Of a stretch of 64,000 nucleotides of DNA, positions 30,246 to 40,299 are shown piece after piece. Source of the DNA: Gammaproteobacteria bacterium (GTDB taxonomy: Bacteria; Pseudomonadota; Gammaproteobacteria; Eutrophobiales; Eutrophobiaceae); assembly GCA_963422205.2 (NCBI GenBank), contig CAXMWX010000001.1:352001-416000 (forward strand), read 5' to 3'. The first letter of the stretch is position 1. The number at the start of each line of letters is the position of its first letter. The position numbers were made by a program, and so were the translations under genes. The notes under the pieces are model-generated. The model worked only from the letters and a program-made list of their open reading frames with translations, had not been told where the DNA came from and made no database searches.

Positions 30246-31576
30246 CTAAGGTGGGTCAAAGACCGGCTTGAGTCGATCTGGATGCCACGGGGTCTGTCTT
30301 TTGCGTATTGTAGCAAACTTGCCGGCTTGATATCGCGCTGCTGCCCCTGCCAGATGGCGATGACCAGGAACGAGGTGATCCAGAATCCGTTGCTGCCCCA
30401 TATAGCACCGCTCGCCGCTGCGCCGATGGCATCTCGGAAGAACAACAGCGCAATCAATGTCCAGACCCAGTTGGTGCTGTTCAGGCGCAGGATGGCAAAT
30501 GCGGCGTATGATGCAAAGGCAAGATGCAGCACAAACGGTATGGCGCCGATGAGGCCGACGGCCATCAGGGATTCAAGATAGATATTGTGCGGATATTCGG
30601 TATATGTCGTCCCGATGCCGATATAACGTCCAAAAAACGGATCGGCCAGGAATTGTTCAAATCCAGTGCGCCAGTAAAAGACCCGTTCACTGGTCGACTG
30701 GTCATTGACCGGATCGATGCGCTGTAGTGCCTGTAACGCCATTTCAAAATATTCCCGATCAACAACAACGGCGGTCAGCACCACCAATAGGCCCATCGCA
30801 AACAGCATCGCCAGCCTGCCCCATCCACGAAGCGCGGCGATGTAGATGAACAGGCAGGCAAAACAGCTCAACAGCATGCCGCGCGACTGCGCCTGCGCGG
30901 CGATTATGACCAGGAAGGGTACGAACACCATCGCCTCAATGGCAGCCCGCCAACTCCTCTGTGCAATGAGCAGGTAGTAGAACATGAACGAAGAGCACGT
31001 ATAGGCCAGGCTGATCGGGTTGACTTTGATGAATCCGAGGCGCCCCGTTCCGCTGATAATATTGAAAGGAGAATCGATAGTGAGAAACGCGAAGACGGTG
31101 AAAAGAATGGCAAGGCAGGAGAGCGTGATCCTTGCATCGCGCATCGATAACCCGCGCCATACGCACGAGAGCATCAGCAAGGTCATGATCGAGCTGAAGA
31201 TGAATATGGTAAATGCCTTCCTGGTATCTGGGTAGATTTCCAAGTCATGCAGCCAGACGTTCTCGGTCATCCTCAAGAGATAGATCAGCAGAAACAGGAG
31301 CCCGGGAAGTGTGCGTGCTGGCAGGAGAGTTCGGTAACGCCAGCCGGCCAGGAAGGCGGCCCCGGTAACAAGCAGGGCGATGGCCCGGATGGCGATGCCC
31401 GCCTCGCTTCCTTGCACCTCCATATAACTTACATACATGGCAGCTGTGTAGTATCCGATGCTGGGAAAGCTAAGGGCCAATGCCATTGTCGGGCTGATCG
31501 GCAATCTCCAAACGGAAAATACGCGTTTTGGTAATGTTATTCGTCGGGTTTTTCTTTTGTCCATGATTGCACGCAC
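30242..31576 (-). CDS. O-antigen ligase/polymerase-like (Wzy_C) membrane protein
   Basis: Many TM helices; NPI; QSRG; ERVFYW...PFFG; YPHNIYLE...GLIG. Confidence 0.82.
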   Translation of the reverse strand: MRAIMDKRKTRRITLPKRVFSVWRLPISPTMALALSFPSIGYYTAAMYVSYMEVQGSEAGIAIRAIALLVTGAAFLAGWRYRTLLPARTLPGLLFLLIYLLRMTENVWLHDLEIYPDTRKAFTIFIFSSIMTLLMLSCVWRGLSMRDARITLSCLAILFTVFAFLTIDSPFNIISGTGRLGFIKVNPISLAYTCSSFMFYYLLIAQRSWRAAIEAMVFVPFLVIIAAQAQSRGMLLSCFACLFIYIAALRGWGRLAMLFAMGLLVVLTAVVVDREYFEMALQALQRIDPVNDQSTSERVFYWRTGFEQFLADPFFGRYIGIGTTYTEYPHNIYLESLMAVGLIGAIPFVLHLAFASYAAFAILRLNSTNWVWTLIALLFFRDAIGAAASGAIWGSNGFWITSFLVIAIWQGQQRDIKPASLLQYAKDRPRGIQIDSSRSLTHLR

Positions 31577-31881
31577 AATTTATTTAAGCGCTCCCCCTGA
31601 TTGACATCAGGTAATGCCCGCTGCCGAAGTCCGCCGGTTCGCCAGCACCAAGTTGATTTGTCTGTTCCCGGACGGACTGCACAATAGCTTGCAGCAGCTA
31701 AGCTTGTGATCTTATCCCGCCCCTTCCGTGTTTTCAAAGACTGTTTTTTTTATCTGCCGCCGCCGCGCTCCATTGATGCTGGCAGCCCACCGATGAGACC
31801 GGGCAGGGCAGGGCATCGCTTGACTGTAGATCGGCGCATTTGCAACATCGGCCTGGTTTTCGCCGCCAGTACGCTGGCCGA

Positions 31882-32770
31882 TCATGTAAGACGAACGTAA
31901 CACATCCAGGTGTAGGTACCGGCCTCACGGTAGAAAATCTTGCGCCGACCGGCAATGTGGGGGGTCAATAAAGAGCGGTGCCTTGGTCGGATAATTCACA
32001 TCATTCCAGGCGGTGCCCCACCGGGTTCCGGTCAGCCGGAAAATTGGCGGAAACTCAAAGTAGATCTCGACATGACGGCGAATGTACTCGGCATCTGCCT
32101 GATTGGGCGCAACGGCCGCCGATGTGGCGCCGATGGTGTTGCATTTTACTCCTCTCGGAAAACAAAAAGAGAGAATCTGCTTTACCCGCTTGCTCTTTGC
32201 TGGCGCAAAACCGCGCCCCTGAAATGCTTTTTTGAGACTATAAAAATCGCCCTGGGTATGGGCGTAGTTGTCCTCGAATATGACGTTCCTGAACCCGAAC
32301 CAACGACACTGCTTCAGACGTTCGTATGCATTTTGATGATCATCAAAGAAGACCAGTGTGGTATTCGAATCCAGCGCCGACCAGTCCGAAAGACCGAAAT
32401 CGGTCTCCTGATATCGCGCCCGGTCGGAGCGGTAGACCACATGGTCGAGTCTGGGATCGATCGAGATGATTTCTGTCTCAGGCAGCGCCTGCTCGATAAG
32501 CCACGTTGAATGTCCCCGGAAAACACCGCTTTCGATCACGGTCTTCGGGTTGAGCTTTCGCAGCGCATACCATGTATAGAAGCTGTGAGGTGAGGACATG
32601 CCACCAGCATTTTCCTTGAGCGGGCGCTCGTCATAGATATCCAGAAATACATCCAACTCGCCGATCAACTCCTCCCGTGACCAGGGCGGATCACCAATAT
32701 CTATGGCAGCATCTTCCATAAAAGCACCTCTGGTGCAAATAGACTCATCGGGTGACGGTGGACGTATCAA
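31882..32770 (-). CDS. Uncharacterised SAM-methyltransferase-like protein, probable frameshift near the C-terminus
   Basis: VIESGVFRGHSTW, ISIDP, VFFDDH, IFEDNY; the ORF stops at 31925, but removing one base from the run at 31959-31964 extends it to ...YTWMCYVRLT. Confidence 0.6.
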
Positions 32771-33129
32771 TACGGATGCAGGCTATCTGTGCGTTGCCAT
32801 GCTTTTTGTATACAACATTGCGGGAAGGGTATGGCGGTGCAGCCAGGTTTGTCAAGCCATGTACTTAATCCCGGCTAAAAATTTGCCTGGACTATGCAGT
32901 GCGGTCGCTGGAAAAATATGACTCTCCCATGTATAGTTTTCCCTCGAACGATTACCGCAACCAGCCGCTGTAAGCAATGAGAACGGATGCGCTTTGGTGC
33001 AAGGTTGGAACATGGATTGATCAAATCTGACTTGGAAAACATAACGACAGTGACCGGGCTTGAGAAAATCAGGTTCAGCAAAACCCTGCCTTTTTATTGT
33101 GCGCTCGGGTTCAAATCAAAAATGACGCA

Positions 33130-34011
33130 ATGCCCAACGCAGTGAAGATCACCAAGGCCGTTTTTCCCGTGGCCGGCTGGGGGACGCGCACGCTGCCAGC
33201 AACAAAAATCACGGCCAAGGAAATGCTGCCCATCGTTGATAAACCCCTCATCCAGTACGCCGTCGAGGAGGCACTCGCCGCCGGCATAGACGAGATCATC
33301 TTCGTAACAGCAGAAGGCAAGCACACCATAGCGCAGCATTTTGCCCCCGCACCGAAGCTGGAAGCCAGATTGCAGCGGCAGGGCAAGCAGGACGCCTGTG
33401 AACTGGTGCATGACATTGTGCCTGCCCATGTCTCTGTCAAGGCGGTGATACAAGAAGAAGCCTTGGGCCTGGGTCATGCCGTGCTGTGCGCCCATGAACT
33501 GGTGGGGGATGCACCGGTTGCCGTGCTGCTGCCGGATGATCTTATCCATAACGAGGGCGCGGGTTGTCTGGCGCAGATGCTGGCACAGTATGAACGAGTA
33601 CAGGCCAGCCTGGTCGCAGTTGAGCAGGTGCCGCAACAAGACATCGCAAAATATGGCATTGTTGAGGTACAGCAAACTGCTGTCGGCTTGCCTGCCATGC
33701 GTTCGATTGTCGAGAAGCCCGCACCGGAGGCGGCGCCTTCGAACCTGGCGGTGGTGGGCAGGTATCTGTTATCTGCCAGGATCTGGCGCCACCTCGAACG
33801 TACCGGGGCAGATGGCGGCGGCGAGATTCAACTCACGGATGCCATCGCCCGCCTGCTGCTGGAAGAGACGGTTTACCTGTGCGAGTTTGCCGGCCAGCGC
33901 TACGATTGCGGCTCAAAACTGGGCCTGCTCAAGGCGAATGTGGCGCTCGGGCTGGAACACCCTGAGACCGGCGCGGCATTTTCCCGCTATCTATCCGCAT
34001 TACGCCCGTAA
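33130..34011 (+). CDS. galU: UTP--glucose-1-phosphate uridylyltransferase
   Basis: KAVFPVAGWGTR.LPATK..KEMLPIVDKP, LGLGHAV, VEKP, GEIQLTDAI, YDCGSKLG. Confidence 0.96.
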   Translation: MPNAVKITKAVFPVAGWGTRTLPATKITAKEMLPIVDKPLIQYAVEEALAAGIDEIIFVTAEGKHTIAQHFAPAPKLEARLQRQGKQDACELVHDIVPAHVSVKAVIQEEALGLGHAVLCAHELVGDAPVAVLLPDDLIHNEGAGCLAQMLAQYERVQASLVAVEQVPQQDIAKYGIVEVQQTAVGLPAMRSIVEKPAPEAAPSNLAVVGRYLLSARIWRHLERTGADGGGEIQLTDAIARLLLEETVYLCEFAGQRYDCGSKLGLLKANVALGLEHPETGAAFSRYLSALRP

Positions 34012-34046
34012 TACAATACATTTCAGTGATTTAGCGATCGTCAGGG

Positions 34047-34075
34047 TTGACCTGTCTGCCACACGTTTGTACCAT
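34047..34075 (+). promoter_or_regulatory. Sigma70-type promoter upstream of tRNA-Asn
   Basis: TTGACC, 17 bp spacer, TACCAT. Confidence 0.5.
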
Positions 34076-34281
34076 GTATGCCTGCCTGGTATTCCCCGGC
34101 GTTCAGTTGGGCGAGGCGGCAGCAGAAAAAGACGCTTAATGCGCCTTTTTCCCGCCGGGCGCAAGGCCGTGGATGGCCGAGATCGCAGCCCCCGCCAGGG
34201 ATGGTGGCGGCAGCTAAGGTTGTTCAGCAGGTGAATCAGCAGGTGACATTGTCAAGCTGTGAAAGTGTTAAGTCGTACTGA

Positions 34282-34357
34282 TCCCCGGTAGCTCAGTCGG
34301 TAGAGCGGGTGACTGTTAATCACTAGGTCGGCGGTTCGAGCCCGTCCCGGGGAGCCA
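34282..34357 (+). tRNA. tRNA-Asn(GTT)
   Basis: TCCCCGG/CCGGGGA stem; CTGTTAA anticodon loop; CCA end. Confidence 0.97.
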
Positions 34358-34514
34358 ATTTTCGCGAACCAGTTTCTTAAAGAGCCACCTCATCACCTGG
34401 CGCTGTTGCTTTTCGCCAGCCCTTTAAGGTCAAGCAGGCAACCCCCCTGGCATCAGTATCGGCCCAAAGGCGCCTTCCTTAAACGCCCCCGGCTTTGTGT
34501 TAGTATGGCCTTGA

Positions 34515-36539
34515 ATGAGAAATCAATTTGCATTGCAGGCGGAGTTTCAACCGGCGGGTGATCAGCCGGGTGCGATTGCCGGCTTACTGGACTCTGTTCA
34601 CAGCGGGGTGGCGCACCAGACCCTGCTGGGCGTTACCGGCTCTGGCAAGACCTTCACCATCGCCAATGTCATCAACGCCCTGCAACGCCCGACCTTGATC
34701 CTGGCGCCGAATAAAACCCTGGCCGCCCAGCTATACGGCGAGATGCGCGAGTTTTTCCCCGGCAATGCCGTGGAATACTTCGTCTCCTATTACGACTACT
34801 ACCAGCCGGAGGCCTACGTGCCCTCCTCGGACACCTATATCGAAAAAGACGCCTCCATCAATGAGCATATTGAACAGATGCGCTTATCGGCCACCAAGGC
34901 GCTGCTGGAGCGCGCCGATGCCATCATCGTGGCGACTGTCTCGGCCATTTACGGCCTGGGCGACCCGCAGGCGTACCTGAAAATGGTTTTGCATCTGGAT
35001 CGGGGCGAGCCCATGCAGCAGCGCTACCTGTTGCGGCGGCTGGCCGATATGCAGTACACCCGCAATGAGATTGAATTGCGCCGGGGGACGTATCGAGTTC
35101 GTGGCGATGTCATTGACATCTTCCCGGCTGAATCAGAGCGGGAAGCGGTGCGGCTGGAGCTGTTTGATGATGAGATTGAATCCCTGTCGTTATTTGACCC
35201 GCTGACCGGGGAAGTGATCAGAAAACTGCCCAGGATCACCATCCATCCCAAGAGCCATTATGTCACCCAAAGACAGATCATCTTAAATGCCATCGAGGCG
35301 ATCAGAGAGGAGCTTACGCACCGGCTGGCCGAGTTCAGGGCGAACAACAAGCTGGTGGAGTTGCAGCGTCTGGAGCAGCGTACCCGTTTTGATCTGGAGA
35401 TGATGCTGGAGATCGGTTATTGCACTGGCATTGAAAACTACTCCCGGCATTTATCCGGCCGCCAGCCGGGCGAGCCGCCGCCCACGCTGTTTGATTACCT
35501 GCCGCCTGATGCCTTGCTGGTCATCGATGAAAGCCATGTGACCGTGCCGCAGTTAGGGGCGATGTACAAAGGCGATCGTTCGCGCAAGGAGAACCTGGTG
35601 GAATATGGTTTTCGCCTGCCCTGCGCCCTGGATAACCGGCCCCTGCGCTTTGATGAGTTTCAGCGCTCCGCCCCGCAGACCATTTATGTCTCGGCAACGC
35701 CCGGCCCCTATGAGCGTACGCACGCCGATGAGATCATAGAGCAGGTCGTGCGCCCGACCGGGCTGGTCGATCCGAAGGTGGATATCCGCCCGGTGGTGAG
35801 CCAGGTGGATGATCTGTTATCAGAGATCCACCAGCGCGAACAGAGCAATGAACGGGTTCTGGTCACCACGCTGACCAAGCGCATGGCCGAGGATCTCACC
35901 GATTACCTGGCCGAGCATAACGTGAAGGTGCGCTATCTGCATTCTGATATTGACACGGTCGAGCGGGTGGAGATCATCCGTGATCTGCGCCTTGGCCGGT
36001 TCGATGTGCTGGTGGGGATCAACCTGCTGCGGGAGGGGCTGGACATGCCGGAAGTCTCGCTGGTGGCGATCCTGGATGCCGACAAGGAAGGCTTCCTGCG
36101 CTCCGAGACCACCTTGATACAGACCATCGGCCGGGCGGCACGCAATATCAACGGTCAGGCGATTATGTATGCCGATGAGATCACCGGCTCCATGCGCCGT
36201 GCCCTGGATGAGACTGACCGGCGGCGCGACAAACAGCTACGCTATAACGAGCAACACGGCATCACGCCGCAGGGCATTCACAAGGCGGTGACGGATATCA
36301 TGGAGGGCGCTTATGAAGCGAATACGCCTGCGGCCAGACGTTATGCCAGAGTCGCTGAGCCAGAGGCGGCGTATCTGGCCTTATCTCCGGCCGAGCGGGC
36401 GGCAAGAATCACGCAACTGGAAGCGGAGATGTACCGACATGCCCGTGATCTGGAGTTTGAGCAGGCCGCCGTTAAGCGGGATGAGCTTACCCGCTTAGAG
36501 CAACTGGAATTGGATATTCATGAGCAAAAAGCCAGCTAA
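34515..36539 (+). CDS. uvrB: Excinuclease ABC subunit B
   Basis: [43 protein letters not shown]-terminal UVR domain. Confidence 0.98.
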   Translation: MRNQFALQAEFQPAGDQPGAIAGLLDSVHSGVAHQTLLGVTGSGKTFTIANVINALQRPTLILAPNKTLAAQLYGEMREFFPGNAVEYFVSYYDYYQPEAYVPSSDTYIEKDASINEHIEQMRLSATKALLERADAIIVATVSAIYGLGDPQAYLKMVLHLDRGEPMQQRYLLRRLADMQYTRNEIELRRGTYRVRGDVIDIFPAESEREAVRLELFDDEIESLSLFDPLTGEVIRKLPRITIHPKSHYVTQRQIILNAIEAIREELTHRLAEFRANNKLVELQRLEQRTRFDLEMMLEIGYCTGIENYSRHLSGRQPGEPPPTLFDYLPPDALLVIDESHVTVPQLGAMYKGDRSRKENLVEYGFRLPCALDNRPLRFDEFQRSAPQTIYVSATPGPYERTHADEIIEQVVRPTGLVDPKVDIRPVVSQVDDLLSEIHQREQSNERVLVTTLTKRMAEDLTDYLAEHNVKVRYLHSDIDTVERVEIIRDLRLGRFDVLVGINLLREGLDMPEVSLVAILDADKEGFLRSETTLIQTIGRAARNINGQAIMYADEITGSMRRALDETDRRRDKQLRYNEQHGITPQGIHKAVTDIMEGAYEANTPAARRYARVAEPEAAYLALSPAERAARITQLEAEMYRHARDLEFEQAAVKRDELTRLEQLELDIHEQKAS

Positions 36540-38859
36540 AAACAGCGATGAGAAAAAGGCGGGATTGCGTACCGAGGCGCTGCGCTATCACAGTAACTTC
36601 CCGGCGGGCAAGCTGGCGATCTTCCCTACCAAGCCGCTGGCCAACCAGTATGATTTGTCGCTGGCTTACTCCCCGGGCGTGGCGGCGGCCTGTGAGGCGA
36701 TAGCCGAGGATGCGGGGCAGGCAGCAGCGCTCACCGCCCGTGGCAACCTGGTGGCCGTGATCACCAACGGCACAGCGGTACTGGGCCTGGGCGCGATCGG
36801 GCCGCTGGCCGCCAAGCCGGTGATGGAGGGCAAGGCCGTGTTGTTCAAGAAGTTTGCCGGGATTGATGTGTTTGATCTGGAGATCGATGAGCGCGACCCA
36901 GACAGGCTGGTGGAGATCATCGCCAGCCTGGCGCCCACCTTTGGTGGCATTAACTTAGAAGACATCAAGGCGCCGGAATGTTTTATCATCGAGCAAAAAC
37001 TGCAACAGCGGCTACAGATCCCGGTGCTGCATGACGATCAACACGGCACCGCCATCATCGTCTGTGCGGCGATCAAAAACGGCCTGCGAATCGTTGGCAA
37101 GGAGATCAGTACCGTGAAGCTCATTGCCTCCGGTGCGGGCGCTGCTGCCCTGGCCTGCCTGAAGCTGCTGCTGGAGGTGGGCGTTAGGAAGGAAAATATC
37201 ACGGTCACCGACATTGCCGGCGTAATCTATGAGGGGCGCTGCGATGAGATGGATGAGTACAAGGCCGAGTTCGCCCAGCCGACCGCCGCCAGAACCCTGG
37301 ACGATGTCATTGATGGAGCCGATATTTTCTTAGGGCTATCGGCGCCCAACGTGTTGACGCCAGCGATGGTCAAGCGCATGGCAGCACGCCCCCTGATCCT
37401 CGCCCTGGCCAATCCCACGCCGGAGATCCTGCCCGATGTGGCGAAGGCGGCCCGGCCAGATGCCATCATCGCCACCGGCCGCTCTGACTTCCCCAATCAG
37501 GTGAATAATGTCTTGTGTTTTCCGTATCTGTTCAAGGGCGCGCTGGATGTCGGGGCGAGAACCATCAACCAGGCCATGAAGATCGCCTGCGTCAATGCCA
37601 TCGCCGACCTGGCGATGGCCGAGACCTCCGAGGTGGTGATGCGCGCCTATGGTGGCGGCAATCTGACCTTCGGCCCGGAGTACATCATTCCCAAGCCGTT
37701 TGATCCGCGCCTGATCGTGCGGGTTGCCCCGGCTGTGGCACGGGCGGCGATGGACAGCGGCGTGGCCAGCCGCCCGCTGGCCGATATGAAGGTCTACCGG
37801 CAGAAGCTCATTCAGTTTGTGTTTCAGACCGGCACCATCATGAACCCGGTCTTCGCCCAGGCACAGGAGCAGCCCAGACGGGTGGTCTATGCCGAGGGCG
37901 AGGAGCCCAGGGTGTTGCAGGCGGTACAGCAAATCGTCGATGAGGGGATCGCCAGGCCCGTGCTGGTGGGGCGCACGGAGGTCATCAGCCGGCGGATCAG
38001 AAAACTGAGCCTGAGACTGACAAGAGGGCAGGACTATGAGGTCATCAACCCGATCAACGATCGGCGCTGCCGTCCGCTGGCGGCCTTGTATCACGATCTC
38101 ATGTGCCGTAACGGGATCTCGCCGGATGAGGCGCGACGCATCGTCAGGACACAGCCAACAGCGCTGGCGGCCCTGATGCTGAAAAATGGCGATGTTGATG
38201 CGATGCTGTGCGGCAGCGTCGGGCCCTATATCAATCATCTGATACAGGTGCGGGAGATCATTGGTCGGCGCGCTGACGTCACGCATTACTCTTCGATGAC
38301 GGTGCTGGTCTTGCCTGGCGGTACGTTTTTTCTCTGCGATACCCACGTCACGCCGCTGCCCACCAAGGATGAGATTGTCGAGATGACCCTGCTGAGTGCC
38401 GAGGCGGTGCAGCGTTTTGGCATCAAGCCGCGGGTGGCCTTGCTGTCGCATTCCAATTTTGGTAGTCGCGATAACGATTCCAGCAGGAAAATGCGCGAGG
38501 CGACCGCCATCATCCAGACCGTGGCGCCGGGCCTGGTCGTGGATGGCGAAATGCACGTGGATGCGGCCTTGTCGGAGACTATCCGGGCGCGGTGTTTTCC
38601 CAATGCCAGGCTGCGTGGCCGGGCCAACACCTTGATCATGCCGAACCTGGATGCGGCGAATATCTCCTATAATCTGCTGAAGATGCTGGGCGGCGGCGTT
38701 ACCATCGGCCCGCTGTTGCTGGGTACGGGCGAACCGGCGCATATCATAACCAACTCGACCTCGGTACGTGGCCTGGTGAACATGACCGCCCTGGCCGTGG
38801 TGGAGGCCCAGGCCATCGCCAACCGGCCATCCGCACAGGCCAATAGCCTGTCGGCCTGA
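36520..38859 (+). CDS. maeB: NADP-dependent malic enzyme with PTA-like domain
   Basis: [61 protein letters not shown]. Confidence 0.96.
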   Translation: MSKKPAKNSDEKKAGLRTEALRYHSNFPAGKLAIFPTKPLANQYDLSLAYSPGVAAACEAIAEDAGQAAALTARGNLVAVITNGTAVLGLGAIGPLAAKPVMEGKAVLFKKFAGIDVFDLEIDERDPDRLVEIIASLAPTFGGINLEDIKAPECFIIEQKLQQRLQIPVLHDDQHGTAIIVCAAIKNGLRIVGKEISTVKLIASGAGAAALACLKLLLEVGVRKENITVTDIAGVIYEGRCDEMDEYKAEFAQPTAARTLDDVIDGADIFLGLSAPNVLTPAMVKRMAARPLILALANPTPEILPDVAKAARPDAIIATGRSDFPNQVNNVLCFPYLFKGALDVGARTINQAMKIACVNAIADLAMAETSEVVMRAYGGGNLTFGPEYIIPKPFDPRLIVRVAPAVARAAMDSGVASRPLADMKVYRQKLIQFVFQTGTIMNPVFAQAQEQPRRVVYAEGEEPRVLQAVQQIVDEGIARPVLVGRTEVISRRIRKLSLRLTRGQDYEVINPINDRRCRPLAALYHDLMCRNGISPDEARRIVRTQPTALAALMLKNGDVDAMLCGSVGPYINHLIQVREIIGRRADVTHYSSMTVLVLPGGTFFLCDTHVTPLPTKDEIVEMTLLSAEAVQRFGIKPRVALLSHSNFGSRDNDSSRKMREATAIIQTVAPGLVVDGEMHVDAALSETIRARCFPNARLRGRANTLIMPNLDAANISYNLLKMLGGGVTIGPLLLGTGEPAHIITNSTSVRGLVNMTALAVVEAQAIANRPSAQANSLSA

Positions 38860-38903
38860 TGGCGACTGCCAGCAGTATAGCGAGCGAGTAACAGGGCCTT
38901 ATC

Positions 38904-39873
38904 ATGCCCGACCCTCATCAAGACCCGGTCGCCCACGCATCGGCTTCGGGGCCGGAGCGGCCGACTATTTCGGTAATCATTCCGGTGTACAACCGCTATG
39001 ACAGCTTGGTGCGGGCGCTGGATTCAGTGCATGCTCAAACCTGGTCAGCCCATGAAATCCTGATCGTTGATGATGGATCGGACAGCCCCTTTGCCGAGAA
39101 AATCGCCCGCCTTGAGGGCGGACGGGTGCGGATCATACGCCATCCGGCTAATCGCGGTGCGGCAGCGGCGAGAAATACGGGTCTGGCGTCGGCTGTCGGC
39201 GATTATGTTGCATTGCTGGACTCCGATGATTGCTGGTTGCCGAACAAGACAGCAGCACAACTGGCCACTATGCGCCCGGCCCCCGGATGTTCGCCTGGGC
39301 GTTCAGCAGATGCCTGTGTTTGTGGCGTCTTCAGGCAATATCCTGAGACTTATCCGGGACGCATCGGGCAAGATAAGCGCAGAAAGTGATCTGCCACCTG
39401 TCGCGCTTACCCTGAAATCTGCGGTTGACCAGCCTGGCCATAATGTCAATACCACACTGCTGATCAAACGCCATCTGCTCAATGAGGTTGGGCTGCAAGA
39501 TGAGTGCTTGTTATTTGCCGAGGACTGGGACTGGTTGCTGCGTATTGTCAGGGTGACTGCCGTTATCGGGCTGGATCAGCCCCTGGCGCAATGTCATGTG
39601 CGCCCCTGCCATTCGGCGCATGCAAAGAGAGCCATTCAGGATATCAAACGGCTGCTGTTAAAGCACCTGCCATGGTTACTCAGAACCCGTCCGGGCTGTG
39701 TGCCGTTCTTGCTCTCATCGGCTGCCGGCTATCTCGCCATGCAGATGCTAAGCCAGCGCCGTCCGTTGCGGTTTGGCTGGTATGCCCTGTGTGCGCTGTT
39801 GCTGCGTCCCTCGCTGATGTGCTCTGTGGCGAATTGGCGGCGCCTGCACTATCGCTATCGCTTGTCAAGGTAA
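38904..39873 (+). pseudogene. GT2 glycosyltransferase with a single frameshift
   Basis: SVIIPVYN/VDDGS/LLDSDD in one frame and EDWDWLLR in the +1 frame; deleting one base near the C5 at 39280-39284 joins them. Confidence 0.8.
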
Positions 39874-39982
39874 GGATCACAACGAATGGCAACGGGAGGT
39901 ATCATAGCGGGCGGCCCGATAACCCGTCAGTGGCTTGCCCGGTTGCCTGTCCAGAGGCGCATATTGTACGTTCCTCGGCCAG

Positions 39983-40011
39983 ATGACAGATCGATTTTTA
40001 GTTGCTATGCT
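39983..40011 (+). promoter_or_regulatory. Sigma70-type promoter upstream of tRNA-Val/thrS
   Basis: ATGACA, 17 bp spacer, TATGCT with extended TG. Confidence 0.45.
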
Positions 40012-40141
40012 GTACTGCCTGTGACATGTTGTCCGGTGGATAAACGCCGCATCAGGAATGGCCGGCCAGGGATAGCGCGAGGCGGGTGTAGCGTATGGTG
40101 CAGGAGCGGCGGCATGGATGCCAGTTGAAGCAGTAAAACCC

Positions 40142-40218
<77 letters not shown>

Positions 40219-40258
40219 TTTTTCAACTACCACAACATCATGCTCTCTTTAAAAACAC

Positions 40259-40279
40259 GTGGCCTGTTGTGGGGGCCAC
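40259..40279 (+). promoter_or_regulatory. Putative thrS translational operator (tRNA-Thr anticodon-arm mimic)
   Basis: Stem GTGGCCT/GGGCCAC with 7-nt loop GTTGTGG centred on TGT, just upstream of the GAGGAG SD. Confidence 0.6.
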
Positions 40280-40299
40280 CACTGCGATGAGGAGATAAC

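Noticed and set aside
13649-34357. Glycan locus as a tRNA-anchored integrative island
   Set aside because: It is flanked by tRNAs, but I found no integrase and no duplicated tRNA 3' end.
34380-34514. LexA box before uvrB
   Set aside because: The nearest match has CTG-N11-CAG spacing rather than N10.
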